From positions 1,178,001 to 1,242,000 of the forward strand of contig RSEE01000005.1 of NCBI GenBank assembly GCA_003971905.1: a stretch of DNA of 64,000 nucleotides, read 5' to 3'. Positions 11,963-25,639 of the stretch are shown one piece after another. How positions within the stretch are numbered: the first letter of the stretch is position 1; the number at the start of each line of letters is the position of its first letter. The DNA is from Moniliella sp. 'wahieum' (taxonomy: Eukaryota). The notes under the pieces are model-generated. The model was given only the letters and a program-made list of their open reading frames with translations, searched no databases and was not told where the DNA came from. The translations under genes and the position numbers were made by a program.

Positions 11963-14900
11963 CTAGTGGCCTCCGGCTGCCGAGGCAGGAGGAACGGGGA
12001 GCTGCGGGCGGCGAGAAGGCGCCTTGGAGGGCGGGCCGTGACCATGGAGCTGGGTGGCCGCGGTAGGGGCGGCCGATTTGGCCGGGCTGCCAGGCACCTT
12101 GGGGGGCGACATGGGTGCAGGAGGTGCGGCCGGCCAGCGCCCTTGGCGGGGATGCCTTTGCCATACTTGGCACGCAACTGGAACAACTCGCCCAGCTCGT
12201 GTTCCAGGCTCCGCTTGCTCTCTCGAATGCGCCCCACCTCTTCAAACATGCGCAAGACTTCCTTGCCCAGGACCTTTTTCATGTCGGCGGCGGTGGTCTG
12301 CGCCATGACCTGCGCATACTCCCCGCCAGCAGAGGACACGGCCTTGACCATCTCCATGTGCTTGGCATGCTGCGACTGAAGCACATCGTTCATCAGCTTC
12401 TGAACCGACTCGTTCGTAGCGTTGAACTGGGTCGCGTGACTTGGTTTGTGTCATTGACAACGTGGGCCAACGCCTCAAGAGCTAGCATCAACAAGTTTAG
12501 TACGCATTTCCGTTCGCCGGATTGGTACATACCAGCTTTGGGATCCCGCTCTTGGTCTTTGGTTTGACGAAGGTTGCGCTCCTCATCATGCGCTTGGATC
12601 ATCTCTGACAAATGGGTGAGGAGAGCAACAAGAGTCAGTAAGAGAGCGCATCATAACAATCCAGCACGCAACGAACCTTTGCATCCAGCGACGCAACGAG
12701 CGCTGCATTGGCCTCCCGCTCCTTCTGGAGGAGTTCCATGGTGGCCAACTGATGCGAGGCCAAGGCTCAGCGCGAGCAGCATCGAGCGCCTTGAACTCCT
12801 CCTGCTCCTTGGACTCGTTAGCTCGTGTTGATAGCAGGTCCTGAGGCCTCCATCGCCTTGCTCATGGCTTGCACGCTCGCATGCGTCTCGTTGAGCATCT
12901 TGTCCTGCGCCGCCTTTTTGGCATTGGCCGCTTTGGTCGCCTCAGCCTTGGCTTCCGCTTCTGCCTCGGCCTTGGCCTTGGCTTCAGCATCGGCCTTGGC
13001 CTTGGCCTCGGCCGCGTCGGCGGCCTGCTTGGCCTCCAGCGCGGCTTGAGCCTGGTCCGCCATGGTCTTGGCTTCGGCCTCAGCTTCGGCCAAAGCAGCA
13101 GCTTCTGCTGCGGCTTGAGCTTCGGCCGCGGCTTGGGCTTGAGCTTCCGCCTCGGCTTGAGCTTGGGCTTCCGCTCAGCTTGAGCCTGGGCCTCGGCTTG
13201 AGCTTGCGCCTCGGCTTCAGCCCGCGCTTGTGCCTCCGCCTCCGCCTGGGCAGGCGTGGGCAGCCTCCTCCTCTTTAGCAGTCTCGGCCGGGTCAGGCGC
13301 AGCCTCTTCAGCTGCTGCCTTTCATCCTTGGGATCGTCTTTGCTCGGCAAGGGGGAGGGTGCTCATCTTCGTCCTCATCAGCCTCTTGGATAGGAGGCAG
13401 GTCACGGTCCTTGTCCTCGTCGCCTTGTGCATCCGCGTCCCCTGCCGGGGCAGGGGCAGGGGCCGGGCAGAATCGGCTCGGTCCATCCAATTGTACAGGG
13501 ACTCGATGTACCCGTTGCGCAGCGTGGGACTTACTTCAATCCCTCCATCCGCCATGGACTGCGCCACGCTGCCCAGAGCGGGCGATGGTGCGAGAGGCGA
13601 CTCGGGCACGAGATGGTAGACCGCTGTTTCGGGAGAGCGCGGTGCGGGAACGGGCGACGCGGCAGGTGTGGCAGAGGGGTGTTCGGTCGCATGCTCACTT
13701 TGGGCGTCGATCTCTTCTTCCAGCTCCTCCTCTGTAGGCGCGGCAACGGGTTCCGTTTCATTGGCTTGCTCCGCGACGTCCTCCTTCTCTTCGTGGGCTG
13801 GCTCCTTGTCCACGGGAGGACTGGGGTCGGACTCCCCGGTAACCACCTCATGCGTCACTTCCACCTTGTGTTGTGCCTCAGGATCGCCATAGATTTCGAG
13901 CGTGTGGTGGACCTCCACAATCGGCTTGTCCGCACCCGTATCGCCATCTTCCACGGGCTCCGGCGCGGGGTCACCGGACGGATGTTCTTCATCATCTCCC
14001 TCACCGCTTTCCTCCTTGACTGAGGCGGGGGCTCAAGTTCGGGCGGTGCACTGGGTTCGTCCTTTGGTTTATCATCCACTAGTTCAACGGTAGGGGCAGG
14101 ATCGTTAGGTGCTCCCAGTTGGTGAATGAGAATGTCGATCCGGGAACCCAAGTTGCGATTGGGATCATCAGCGCCGGAGGCCGCCTTAGACGAGCCTGGC
14201 TTGCTCTGTGCCGCAGAGGCGACGGAGGCCGGCCTGGACCCCGTTTTCGGTTCCGGCTCACCCGGCTCACTTGGTGCAACGGACGAATGATGGGATGGCA
14301 TGTGTTTGGAGCCCTGGTTGGAGGAGGGAGTAGGTGAGGGAGGGGAGCGAGATCGCAGGGACGCAGCGGAGGGTACCGGAGAAGCGGATTTGACTGAGCC
14401 AGCCACCGAGCCACCAAGGCTCGGTTTCCCTCCTGCCGGCCCGAATGGGCTTGCTTCGACATTCCGAAGCGACAGAGTAGGAGCCACGCTGCCGCGTTCA
14501 GACTGGGGGCCGGGAACCGTGACATAAGTGGTACTGGCCGGAGATCGGATGGTCTGCCCAGGTGCCCCGTGCTCTGAAGTGGGCTTGGCAGATGACGCTT
14601 TACTCGAAGGTGCCCTCTCAGAGAGCGCGCAGACCGAGGGGGCCCTGGCAGAGGGGGCGGGAGCAGAGGGAGGCTTGGAAGAGGGTGCCTTGATAGAGGC
14701 TGCCTTGATGGAATCAGACTTGGCCGAGAGCGGGTGGGAGTGGTGGGACTGGAGAGAGGTGTCGACAGACTCGGCAAGCTTCTTGGCCGTCGCCTCGGCC
14801 AAAGCGCCTGGCGCGGAGCGCGTCGACGGTGCGTTACTCTTGGCCTCGGGGCTGATGCTCGGATCCGGTGCTGGATCGTCCTCCGTCAATCTTGCCTTGA

Positions 14901-17900
14901 GAGTTGCACTGTGTGCGGCCGCCGCAAGCTGGCGAGAAATTTCCCGGGCCGTCTGGTCTGGCATGGTGCTGAAGCCATGGTTGAGGTCCGTGATGGTCTG
15001 GGCCAGTCGTCGCCACTCTTCCGAGCGACGCGGTGCATCGACCGAGAGCCAGCGGTTGACGTCGTGCAAGGCTTGGATCAGCGCACTGTATTGCTCATCC
15101 TGCTTCTTTGCCAACTCGGCGTATGAATCCGACGGTCCTTCGGGAGCGGGGGCTCCACCCGCTTGTGTTGTCGCATCCTTTTCCGATCCAATCGATGGAA
15201 GAGATCCTCCCTCCACCTTGCTCTGCCCGTCTCCAAGATGCGGCAGTTCCGTTGGCACTTCGCCTGGCCCCCACTTTGCACCGCTGACTTAATGGGAGAC
15301 GGTGTGGCAGGTGGGGCGATGGGCGGAGTTCCGTAGATGCTCGCCTCCCTAGCACTTGGCGCAACCTGGGCCTGAGACACAGAAGAGCCGGCCGTTCTGA
15401 GGCGCGCGCCGCAGACGGAGCAGACTGGCCGGGCAGACTTTCTGATGGAGCCTTGACCGATGGAGCCTTGACCGATGGAGCCTTGTCCGATGGAACTTGG
15501 ACACGAGGCCGTGCGAGGGTGTTGCCGAAGCCCGATTGCGTTGCCGACACTCTTTCCAGACGCAGACTGTGCTGCTGCAGGCTGGGCCGACGCCGGCGTT
15601 TCGGAGGCCGACCTTGCCGAATCCGGCTTGGCCCCCTTCACAGAACTGGCCATGGACCGAGGCTTGCCTGCGACGGAACGCGGTCGAGACAGCGGAGGTG
15701 GGGGAGCCGAATCCATCGCCTCGTAGCGAGCCTGGCTTGCGCCACTTTACTGAGGGGGCTACGGGTGCCAGATGACGCTTTGGAAGAGGCAGCCTTGGAC
15801 GGGCGATGGGAAGCGGCCCGAGAGGGGGGAAAGGAAGGCGCGATGGACCCCGCTATCGTTTCGGGAGGGGCAGGGGCCGTCTTGAACGATTCTGCTTCCG
15901 ATGGCTGCGGTGACCGCGGGAGAGCAAGATCCCTATCTTCAACAGGACCGCTCTCCTTTCCCCCAGGAGTGTCGTCCCCCTTGGATGGAGGAAGCTCTCT
16001 ATCCTGAGCGCTGCCAACAGACGTACCAGGAGCCATGCCAGGCTCAGCATCCGCCCCGTCCGACTCGGTAGCATGGCCTCAGGCATACCAGCATCCCCGT
16101 CGGCCAAGGAACGTTCGCCGTCCGGCCCCGCCGTCGCGTCGTCGCCCAAGAAGTAGATCCACCAGTCCCAGCGTGGCTGGCTGCGTCCTCTGCGATGGCC
16201 GAAAGAGGCCGGCCGATGGTCCAGCCACAGGGGGTGGGCGGCTACGGGTGCTTCCGGCAGCCGAGCTGCGAGACGATTTTGGTTCTTCCGTTTCCGGTTC
16301 CACTTTGTGTTCGCCCTCGTCCTCCTTTTCTTCCTCCTGGTTTGAAGGGTGGGACGCCTCCGATGCGGGAACGGCCGGCAGCCAATGGCCATCATCTTCC
16401 TCGTCCTCGTCACCTTGTTGGGGGGTTCGGCTCTGAGGGACCGTGCCGTACTCGTAGAAGGGTATGGGGGGCAGTAGCATAGTGGCTCTTGATCTTTCTG
16501 GCTGGTGCTGGTGCAGTCCGTCCGAGGGATTCAAAAGTCCCTACTCTCCGTCTTGGGTCCATCTACGCCTGCGGGCATGGAACATGATGCGTTAGTAGCA
16601 GGATGGGACGAATCGGACTCGGGTTTCATACCTGGGCTAGCAGTACCGTTCGGGGCTTCTTCCTTGATCTCAGGCACGTCCGCCTCGCCTCCTTCAGCGT
16701 CAGGTTCAGCCCCTTCCGCGCCAGGAAGAGAGCGGGTTTCGCCCTTCTCAGGTTCGCTGGGGGGCTTTGAGCCCACTTTGCCAGAGCCCGACCGGGAGGA
16801 GGCGGGTTTGGATGACGTGCGGGACGTACCGGGAGGAGATGCGGACGAGGCAGGCTTGGATTTGGATCCAACCTTGGATGGAGCTGCCGATCCAGGGAGG
16901 GACACGCCACGAGGATCGATCGCCGGAGCAGAAGCTCCGTCGGCGCTCCCGGCTTTCTTCTGCTCTCCTTTTCTCCTTCGGCACCCTCTCCCTCTTCATC
17001 AGGTAGCTCAATGTTCTTCCTCAGTTCTGGCGGTGTCAGTCCGGGCAAGAAATGAGTCTGCTTCGTTTCGGGCCGGCCGAAAAATTTGGCTCTTGTATTT
17101 TCGCTCAAATCGTCCGCCAGGACAAACTGGCCAGTGCTGGCAAGCTCATGCATCAACTGGGGCCACCATTCCTTGCGCGCAGATTGACCATCTGGTTTGG
17201 AGGACGCGTCGTCCTTGCCGCCGGGGGTAGGTGCCTCCCTCTTCTCGTCTTCCTCTGGCTTCTCTGCATGGTCAGACGTTTCCGTGCCCGTTTCGTCATT
17301 GGCATCCGCTGGCTCCGACGGCTCTTCTGCTTCCTTCTTCTGGGGCTCGGACCCTGATGCCGCTTCTGATGGAAGGGGCGCAACGCGAGGGGTTGGATCT
17401 CCCGTCCCCTGGGCAGACGGTGCCGTCTCCTGGTCAACAGCGGCAGGCACGTCAAGGGATCGACGGTCAGGTTCCTGGGAGTGGGCATCCCCAGCATCTT
17501 CAGCATCACCTGCATCCTCCGCATTCCCCGTGTCGGGAAGAGGCAAATTGCTGCCACCAAACAAACAAACAAACAAACAGTTAGCCCACTCACTTTTCTC
17601 TTCTGGTCCAAATCCAAACCGGAGCGGCGCCAAGCAACGTACTCATTGTGGATACTCCGCGGGGTCCCATTCTCGCCCGTCGGATGACCCGGCGGCATCA
17701 TATGAAACGCATCTGGCCCGTCCGTGTGGAGCGAGGGGGAGGGTCGAGGCGCCGAACCTGCCGCGTCGGGCCGCATGGACGCCGGATCGAGACCTAGCAC
17801 TCCCGCACCGTCCTCGTGTCCGGCCTCGCTGTGGGGAGGGACCGTGGTCGGGGCCGCAGGCGCATCTTCGTAGACGGTGGCAGGAGTCGGAGTGGCAGGA

Positions 17901-20900
17901 GCCGGAGTGGCAGGAGCCGGAGTGGCAGCGGGCATTGGAGAGACGTGTCGCGAGGATGGGCGGGGGGAGCGGCATTTTCGCTCGGCTGGATCGCGTCCTC
18001 TTCCTGGGGAGAACAGGGGCCGGAGGGTGAGCAGAGGGCGGTTGCATCGAGGGCGTAGGGACACTAGGTGCTGGGGCTGCTGCCGTGGTAGCCGGACCCG
18101 GCGGTACCGTCCCATACACACTTGGCTGGTCGGAAAAGCTGGGGTTGTGATGGGGTAGGTCCCATGGCTCAGGCTGAGGGGGATCGCGCAGAGACGGCAC
18201 CCCAGACGTTCTCGGTGGGTGGTCTGGGTGAGGAACGTAGGACGCCGGTTCGACTTCCTCCTCTCTTCGCGCCACTATGGACGGTACCCCGGGGGGGCGT
18301 ACGGACACTGGGGATGGTCCCGCGGTGGGAGGGGGGGCTGGGTAGGACGCCAGATTGGGGTCGGGCGCATTGAACGGCATGGGCGCATCGGGCATGGTCA
18401 ACCTAGGCGCTTGCTCCGCCACGGGAATGGGCTGAACTGTCGTGGTAGGCGCTCACCGGCGATACATCGAGCCTGCATCCGTCACTTTGGGCGGGACAGG
18501 AGGCGGTGGGTCGTAGGCGCGGAAGGAGCGTAGTAGCCCGTCGGCGGTCGCGTCCACGCCCCCCCGATGGAGGTTCCGGCATGTGCATCAGCTCCGACCT
18601 CGGCGGGCGCCCTCACCCCAGGACTGGGACAGCCGCGGCTCGGCCATGGTTCCAATCTGCTCTTGCGTCGTTGGCGCGGAAACGGGGTCAATCGGTATGC
18701 TGGCTGGGCCCGGGGGCGCGGGCAGGGGCGTATCGCGACGGACGCTCGGAGCGAGGAATGCGGTATTGGCTGCCGAGTGGCTGGCACTGTCGTTGGGGGA
18801 TGGGTCGGTGGACGCGATGCTCACGATACTTTCGGGGGCAGTGAAGGCGGTCAAAGGGGAGAGTCCGACAGCACGGCGACCGGGACTAGACGCCTGGGGA
18901 GGAGGCGCCACTGCTTCTTCGCGCATTGACGGCTCCCGTGACAAGACGGGCGCAGCGGGAGGCACCGGCTCGAAGGCAGACGGGATCCGGGCAGACGGGA
19001 TCCTTGGCCTGGCTCCGCCATACGGAAGTCGGGTCCAGTCCTGCAGCCCGTCCGGATGGGGCTCGTCGCCCAGGCTCTGTTCGACGGCGGCAGGCGCATC
19101 GCCCATTACCATCTCAGGCGCCTGGGGGCGTGCTCAGTGGCGACAGGAACTGGCTCTTGCGCTGAGATGGGGCCAGGGTTCAGGATGGCTCCGGCGGGGT
19201 GGTCGGCTGGCGCGGGCCCTCGGAGTGCCCCATGTCGCCCATGGCCATATCCTCCCTGACCGACGGATACGGTGTCCCCGTTGCAGCATCCTGCCTGTCG
19301 GGAGCAACGCTAGCGATCGGAACTGCGCTGGGATCACGTTCAACCCGAGGGACAGCAGCGTTGCTCCGAACCATACTCTCTTTGACCGACTGATAGGGCG
19401 TTTCCGGCGCGGCATCCGGCCAAACGCCAGCGGTAGTGAGAGGTGCACTGGGAGATGTCTGCACCCGGTGGGGCGCGTCGCCCATAGCCATCTCGGGATA
19501 AGCGTGTTCCTCCGTGTGAGGAGCGGCACCAAGTTCCCGTTGCGAAGGCACCACCGTTGGTGGTACCCGTGCGAGCGTGGAAGGCACCCTGGGAATGGAA
19601 GTGGCCAATGTCGGGTCATGCTGCACGCTACTCGGTGGTCCCAAGTTGATCTCGCGCCGAACCGGGCGCCCGGCATCAGCCATGGACATCTCCGCAGGCT
19701 CCGCTCTTGGTGTCGCTTCGTGCTCCAGGGGCGTGTCGGGAAGAAGGGTATCGGGCGCGGGCACGCCCACCTCGGACGCTGGCTGCGAGGCAGGAACCGA
19801 AAAGGAGGAAAGGTTGACTGAGCGTGTCGCTTGCGGCGGGGGAGAAGGTGGGCGTTGGGCCAAGACGGGTACGGCGGCACGAGAGGGGGGTGCACGAATG
19901 GTCCGATCCGAATCTGGGGATGGACCACGCTGGATCTGGGGGACGTCAGGAATGTCCTGAGCCGACCAAGCACGGGAAAGATGCTTGCCCGGCGAGTAGT
20001 AGACAGGTTCCTTCGCCCTCGCATCCTCTACCGTGGGAACCCCCATGGACGATGGAACGTACGATCCGAAGCTTGTCTCTGGCGGCATTCCCACCTCCGA
20101 ACGCGCTCGGCGGGGCACGCTGTCCAGGATCTGTGAACCTGCTAGAAGTGTGCCCACCGCGGACCGAGATGCCAAAAAGGGCTGCGGCGGACGCTTCTCC
20201 AACCCCATCTCGCTTACCCCCCTTGGCCCGCTCAGGGCGGAGGTAGGCGCTACCGCAGTGGCAATCCGGCTGGGGACGGGACGAATGAGTTCGTCGGGAA
20301 GCTGAGACAAGTTGAAGCCGGCCTCACTCGGGTGTGGCACTATCGTCTCGGGGTATTTGACGGAACGCACCTCAGTTCCGGCCTTGGGGAGGTCCATGCT
20401 CATCACCGTGGGAGGCTGCAACACCGTTTCGGGATACGGCGCGAAACGCTTGGCATCCGGCGACAGCGGCAGGTCCATGTCCATCACCGTTGCTGGCGGC
20501 AACACTGTCTCGGGATACGGCGAAGCCACGGTCTTGTCCTCGTGCCACGTCGGCACATCAAAGTTGATCTCGGTTTCCGGTTGCAGCGCCGTATCGGCGT
20601 ACGTGGGGGGACGCACCTCCTCTGGCGGTTTGGGTAGCACCTCCACGTCCATCTCCGACCCAGGTGCCAACACCGTCTCGGGGTACGTCAGTGCCGACAG
20701 CGCACGTTCTGTCGGCACCTCACTCACGCCTATCGAAGAAGAGGGCGCCTTGACGGAGAGGGGGGCAACGTGCCATGCTCTCTCGGGCGTGTCCGTGTCC
20801 GATTTTGCATCGGGTACACTCACGCCTACAAGCGAGGTGTCACAGGCGGTGCCGACAGCGGAAGCAGGTGCCCACTCCGATTGGGGCTGCACAAGGCTCG

Positions 20901-23218
20901 GCGCCGTAGGCGCACCCAGCGTCGAGCTCAAATCTATCCTCGTCTCGGGCGTACGGGGCGCAAGGGGGGCGTCCGGTAGCTCGCTCGTTGCCAACTCGGT
21001 AGTCGACCGGCCAGAAGTAAAGACGGGCGGAAGAGAGACGGTCAACGCAGGGTAGCCAGCTGCCGGGTCCGGTACCTGCGTCCCACCCACCGACGAAAGC
21101 GCGCCCGCCGGGGGTGGAGCAGCTCCTCCGTCGCCTCACCCTGGGGTAGGGTACCGAGGCTGAGTATCGTCTCGGGCCCGGACGTCATTCCAGGCCCCGG
21201 AGCAGACGAGAGCGAGAGCGGACCGCGTTCGTCGGGAATGGCTGAGATGCCCATATCAGACGCTGCTGGGGCTGTCGAAGGTGGCGCTTGGATCGAAGCA
21301 GTTGGATCCGGGAGAGGCGGGAGGCCCAGGACAGATTCCTGTACCAATGCAGGGCCCGCAGGCGGCGCTAGGGAGCGAGTTCCTGCTTCAGAGCGGGGAA
21401 ACGTCATCCCGATGACTGATTGCGGTTCAATCGCCGTTTGGGGCGCTGGGACACTGGCCTCAGAGGCGGGCAGGTTGGTGAGACCCATAGCTGAAGCGGG
21501 TTGCTGCACACTTGGGCTGATCCCCGACTCATGGCCCGACGCGGAGGATCGCGACGAGTCACGTCCACTACGTCTCGGCATGAGAGACGCGGTGGAGCGA
21601 GGCTGTGGCGGAAGATGGGTGACTCCGGCGGCCGAAGTTTGGCCCACTGCCGACGCGGGCGGGGTGCGACCTGAGAGGGGCCGTGCCAAACTTGGCCCGG
21701 CACCCATCCCACCATTCTGCCTCGCTTGCGAGCTGAACAATCCAGAAGGGTTAGCATGCGGGTCACAGGGAGCGGGTCAGCCAGGACGTACTCGAGATCC
21801 ACGTTGAAGACGACACGCGTTTGAGCGTCAGAGAAGGCGAGCGACACTCGGGTATCCTTGAGCCCGAGCGATAGAGGATATCGATAGCCAGACCCCTTGG
21901 TAGTGGTAGCGGGCGTGCGCACCATCTTGCCTGCCGTGATCGACACCAAGTCGGAAAGGGGCAAGATCATGTGCTCTGTTGCTTCCTGCATGGGCCGGGG
22001 GAAAAGACAAGCAAGTGTTCAAATATCGTGGCCGTCGCCGCCGCCCATCCCGGGTACGCAGTGGTAGAAGGATACGGGGTAAAGTCAAACACCTCCAGTG
22101 TCGTCTGATGCAGCGCCTTTCCCGCAATTGGGATTGGAGGCTGCAGCATCTGCAGCCCTTCGATCGATCCTGGCAACCCCGGGATTGCTGCCTGCTCCAT
22201 GCGCGGGGTAAGACCGCCCGACCGAGCGCGGGACGAAGAGAGCTTGGACGCTGAGTCATATTGGCTGATGCGCTGTTGGACGCGCGACGAGGTAGAGGGG
22301 TTGGATCGTACAGGCGAAGTAGGTCGGGGGTGCCAGTCATGGCTCCTAGCCGCTGTATAGGGGCGAGAGCTGCCAGAAGAAATAGAAGCATACCGTCGCT
22401 GCCCGCTCGATGGCGTGGGCGGGGGTTCAATGGAAACCACAGGTGGAGCAGGGGGAGCGCGTGCGGGGGAGGGACGTTGGGGGCTGGTGCGGCCGCTGGA
22501 TCCGGTGCCGGTACCGGTGCCAGTAGGGGCGCCGTGGCTGGGCTCGGACTGGGTGATGGGAGGCAAGGGAGGCGCGGTGGATCGCAGCAGCTGGGCCGAA
22601 CGCGTCCTCGCGCGCATCGACTGCGGACAGAGGGCCGACTGTGGAGGCCATGTTCCACTCTTCACTAAGAGCCGGAGAAAAGCCAGGCATGGCGCTGGTA
22701 GGCTCGTCGTTCTGCCCCCGTGGGGGCGGCGCGGGGTCGCGCGCGGAGGCAGGGACAGTGATCATCGTGGCCGATCGGTCCGGGGAGGGAAGCCGAGAGC
22801 CAGGGGAACCAGCGGGAGCACGCGCGCGGCGGGCGGGGGAGAGAGCGCCTGAGGCTGGGCGCCGAGGCGAGGTGGGCCGAGAGGCCGCAAGCGGCGGGGG
22901 CATCGAAGAAAGACCGGGAGCGGGCGGAGGTGGATGGGGATGCGGAGGCTGGGGCAGAGCCAGCGCGGAACGCAGAGGAGAGGGGGGTGCGGGGAGGGCG
23001 CGTCGACAAAGGACTGCGAGCGGGAGGAGGCGGAGGGAGAGGCGTGGGTGCGGGCGCTGGCAAAGGCCGAGCTGTGGGTGTGGGGGAGGAGGGGTGGCTG
23101 CTGGCGGGGGCCGAGCTGGGGGACGGGGGGGGTGCGAGCGCGAGGGGCGCGAGGGCGAGGGTGAGGGCGAGAGGCGCGGGGGGCGCGGGGGCGCGCCAGG
23201 GGGGGTGGAGGGCGCCAT
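11963..23218 (-). CDS. Giant (roughly 3500 aa) Pro/Ser/Ala-rich protein with PH-like domain, internal peptide repeats and C-terminal coiled coil
   Basis: Chain of same-strand ORFs with consistent composition, linked by frameshifts and GT-AG introns. Globular PH-like segment at ~21790-22150 (LEVFDFTPYP..ATIFEHLLVFS..HMILPLSDLVSIT..YPLSLGLKDTRVSLAFSDAQTR). AEAKA coiled coil at ~12850-13250. C-terminal KEVLRMFEEVGRIRESKRSLEHELGELFQLRAKY. Could be two genes. Confidence 0.65.
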
Positions 23219-24007
23219 GTGATGTGCGGAGGCGCGGAGATGGTGGGGAGCAGAAGCAAGGGGAGCGCGCGGGGGCGTGGGACGGGGTATCTGCGAGCAG
23301 GCCGCAGACCAACAGGCGCCCCGTGCTGCCCTGGGCGATGCTCTGGCTGCGCGGAGCAGCGGCTAGTCACCAGCACTTGGTCACAAAACACGCCCCCTCG
23401 CAGCGCCTCCCCCGCACGGCGCAGCGCCAGTGTGCCCCCTGCTCCTGCTTGCGCAGGCAAGCGCCAAGCCGCGAGCGCTCGCAGCCACGCAAAACATCAC
23501 ATGACCTCGGTGGACTCTACCTCAGCAACCCTAGCAGCCTATCAGCCATGCGCCCATCCGAGGAGGCCCCACGCCAGGTCCTGCGTCTACCCAGTCCCAG
23601 ACACACACACCCTGCCCCTCCCTGCCCGTCCCTCCCTCCTCCCTGCCCCCAGCCACGCCCCACAGTCCCCCCCCCCCCCCTGCCCCCCCCCCCTTCCAGC
23701 TCCCACGGCCATCCCACGCCACACGCCATCGATCAGAAAGCGCTCTGGCATGCGGGGACAGTGTTGCAGATCTGTCGCGCAGGCGCCACAACAGTAGTCA
23801 CTAGTCATCCGTGCCCTTCCGCGCCTCGGCGCTGACTCTGCGGGGTATTTCTGTCAAACCACTATTTCGTATCAGAAACGGTAGAGTGTCAGATCTCAGA
23901 TCTCAGAGGAAGCTAGGAAGTACTAGTAGTTCTGCTAGTGTGATTCTGATTTTATTCGTTTTGCACTGAGGCACAAAGGCTCAATTTCCCTGCCTCGTAG
24001 TGTTGTC

Positions 24008-24181
24008 TGTGGCGCCACGCGGGTGTAGTGGCGCCGGTAGCCCAAGCCAGGAATCTTCGGGTTCAACGTTCATTCCTTGCACTATTCCGTCCTGGACGGC
24101 GGGAATCTTCTCTAGCCTCAGTAGCTCTCATGTCCAATGATGCAATATATCATCCAACTGCCTGCTCTCTGGGCTTCTACA
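24008..24181 (+). mobile_element. Solo LTR (174 bp) with 5-bp target-site duplication
   Basis: Begins TGTGG and ends CTACA. Flanked by TTGTC at 24003-24007 and 24182-24186. Related copies at 24362 and 29475. Confidence 0.8.
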
Positions 24182-24361
24182 TTGTCTGTCTCTCTTCTCC
24201 CCCGTCCATCTTTTGCATTCTGTTCCATGTCTCCTGCTCATTCTCTTCTTCCTTCTGGTAATATCCGCGGCTGCATTTTCTTCGGCCTCGTCGCTCCACT
24301 CGGGTGCAAGTTAGTAGGCCTTACAGCTTAACCCCTGCCGGTGGTGTGACATGTGGCACGG

Positions 24362-24542
24362 TGTGGTGCAACAGTGGTGTTTAGTGGCGCCGGCACCCCC
24401 AAGCCCGCATCCTTATTCCGCTTCTTTTTTCCTTCCAAGATTCCTATTCCTTCCGGAGGGCAGAAAATATTCTCTAGCCTCGGTAGCTCACTGCATGTGC
24501 AACCTAATACACCATCAACTGCCTGTTCTCTGGTCTTCTACA
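24362..24542 (+). mobile_element. Degenerate solo LTR, same family
   Basis: TGTGGTGCAAC...TTCTACA termini. Shares TAGTGGCGCCGG, TTCTCTAGCCTC and CAACTGCCTG blocks with the 24008 copy. No clean TSD. Confidence 0.7.
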
Positions 24543-25639
24543 AACGTTTATCTATTCGCCGGCTTCTAGTGAGAAGCTTGAAGCTTGAAAAGCCAGGCCA
24601 CCGCCAGCCCCCCCACCCACCCCCACCCCAAATTATACCACCTCTCCCTCTCTCTCTTGGCCCACCCAAAAACTACCCTAGGTATAGAAGAAATGACGCA
24701 TTCATGTCAGCCCTGTCGGAGGCCAAGGGTAAAGCTTAAAGTATGAGTACCTGGTAAGCGGCTAAAAGCGCCAAGTGCCAAAGGCTAACACTCTTCTGAC
24801 GCATGTGACTGTCACATGTCACACGAACATGTCAGGGCGATTGCCGATGTCAATGATCGATGATTGGTTCTCGATCGACACTCGCTTCTTCTGCGTACCG
24901 TCTTGCTCGGTAGGGTACGGGTGGTACGGTCTCAGCCCACACCCTGCATCCGTTCCATGCGGGCGAGAGAGTGAGATCGGGAATGTGCGATCGAAGTGAA
25001 AAGGTTAGATCTGACAGGATCCGAGAGACGGTCGAGATGATCATCATCTGCATCATGCATCAACGATGGTTGCTGGTTGTGGTGCTGTGCTGGTTAGCCT
25101 GATCGATAAGTGTGTCAACATGGGAATGCCGCGCGATAGGTTACGTAAGTTCCGCTTGGGTTGCAAAGTTGTTGCGCTGTCGGATCGCGTGAAAATTAGC
25201 GCAATCTGAATCAGCCAGCACGGTTCCCGGCATTCCTTCTGGCGGCGACACAAAACTTCGCCACTTACCCACGTGGCAAGGCTTGGCAGGGCCTACCCAG
25301 TCAGTGCTCACGCGGTAGCCACCGACGTACACCTATCTATCGCCCCCCCGCCTCTCCATCCAGCCGCTTCGCACAGCCTCAGGCCCCTCGGCCTGGTCGA
25401 CAGACACGTGCGTCTGATGCGGGTGGAAGGACAGGGATCGATCGCCTACAGCAGCTCCTATCTAACTCTCCGACCCGATAGCCTCAGTGGTTCCGAATAG
25501 CAAGCCTAGTCCACGATCGAAACACGCATGGGGCATTGGCAGAACAAGACACATGAGCATAGAAGGGCAGACGATGCGATTTCGACCCCCACGGTACATT
25601 GGGCTTGCTTGATTGCGCGGGGAGGGCAGAGGGAGGGGT

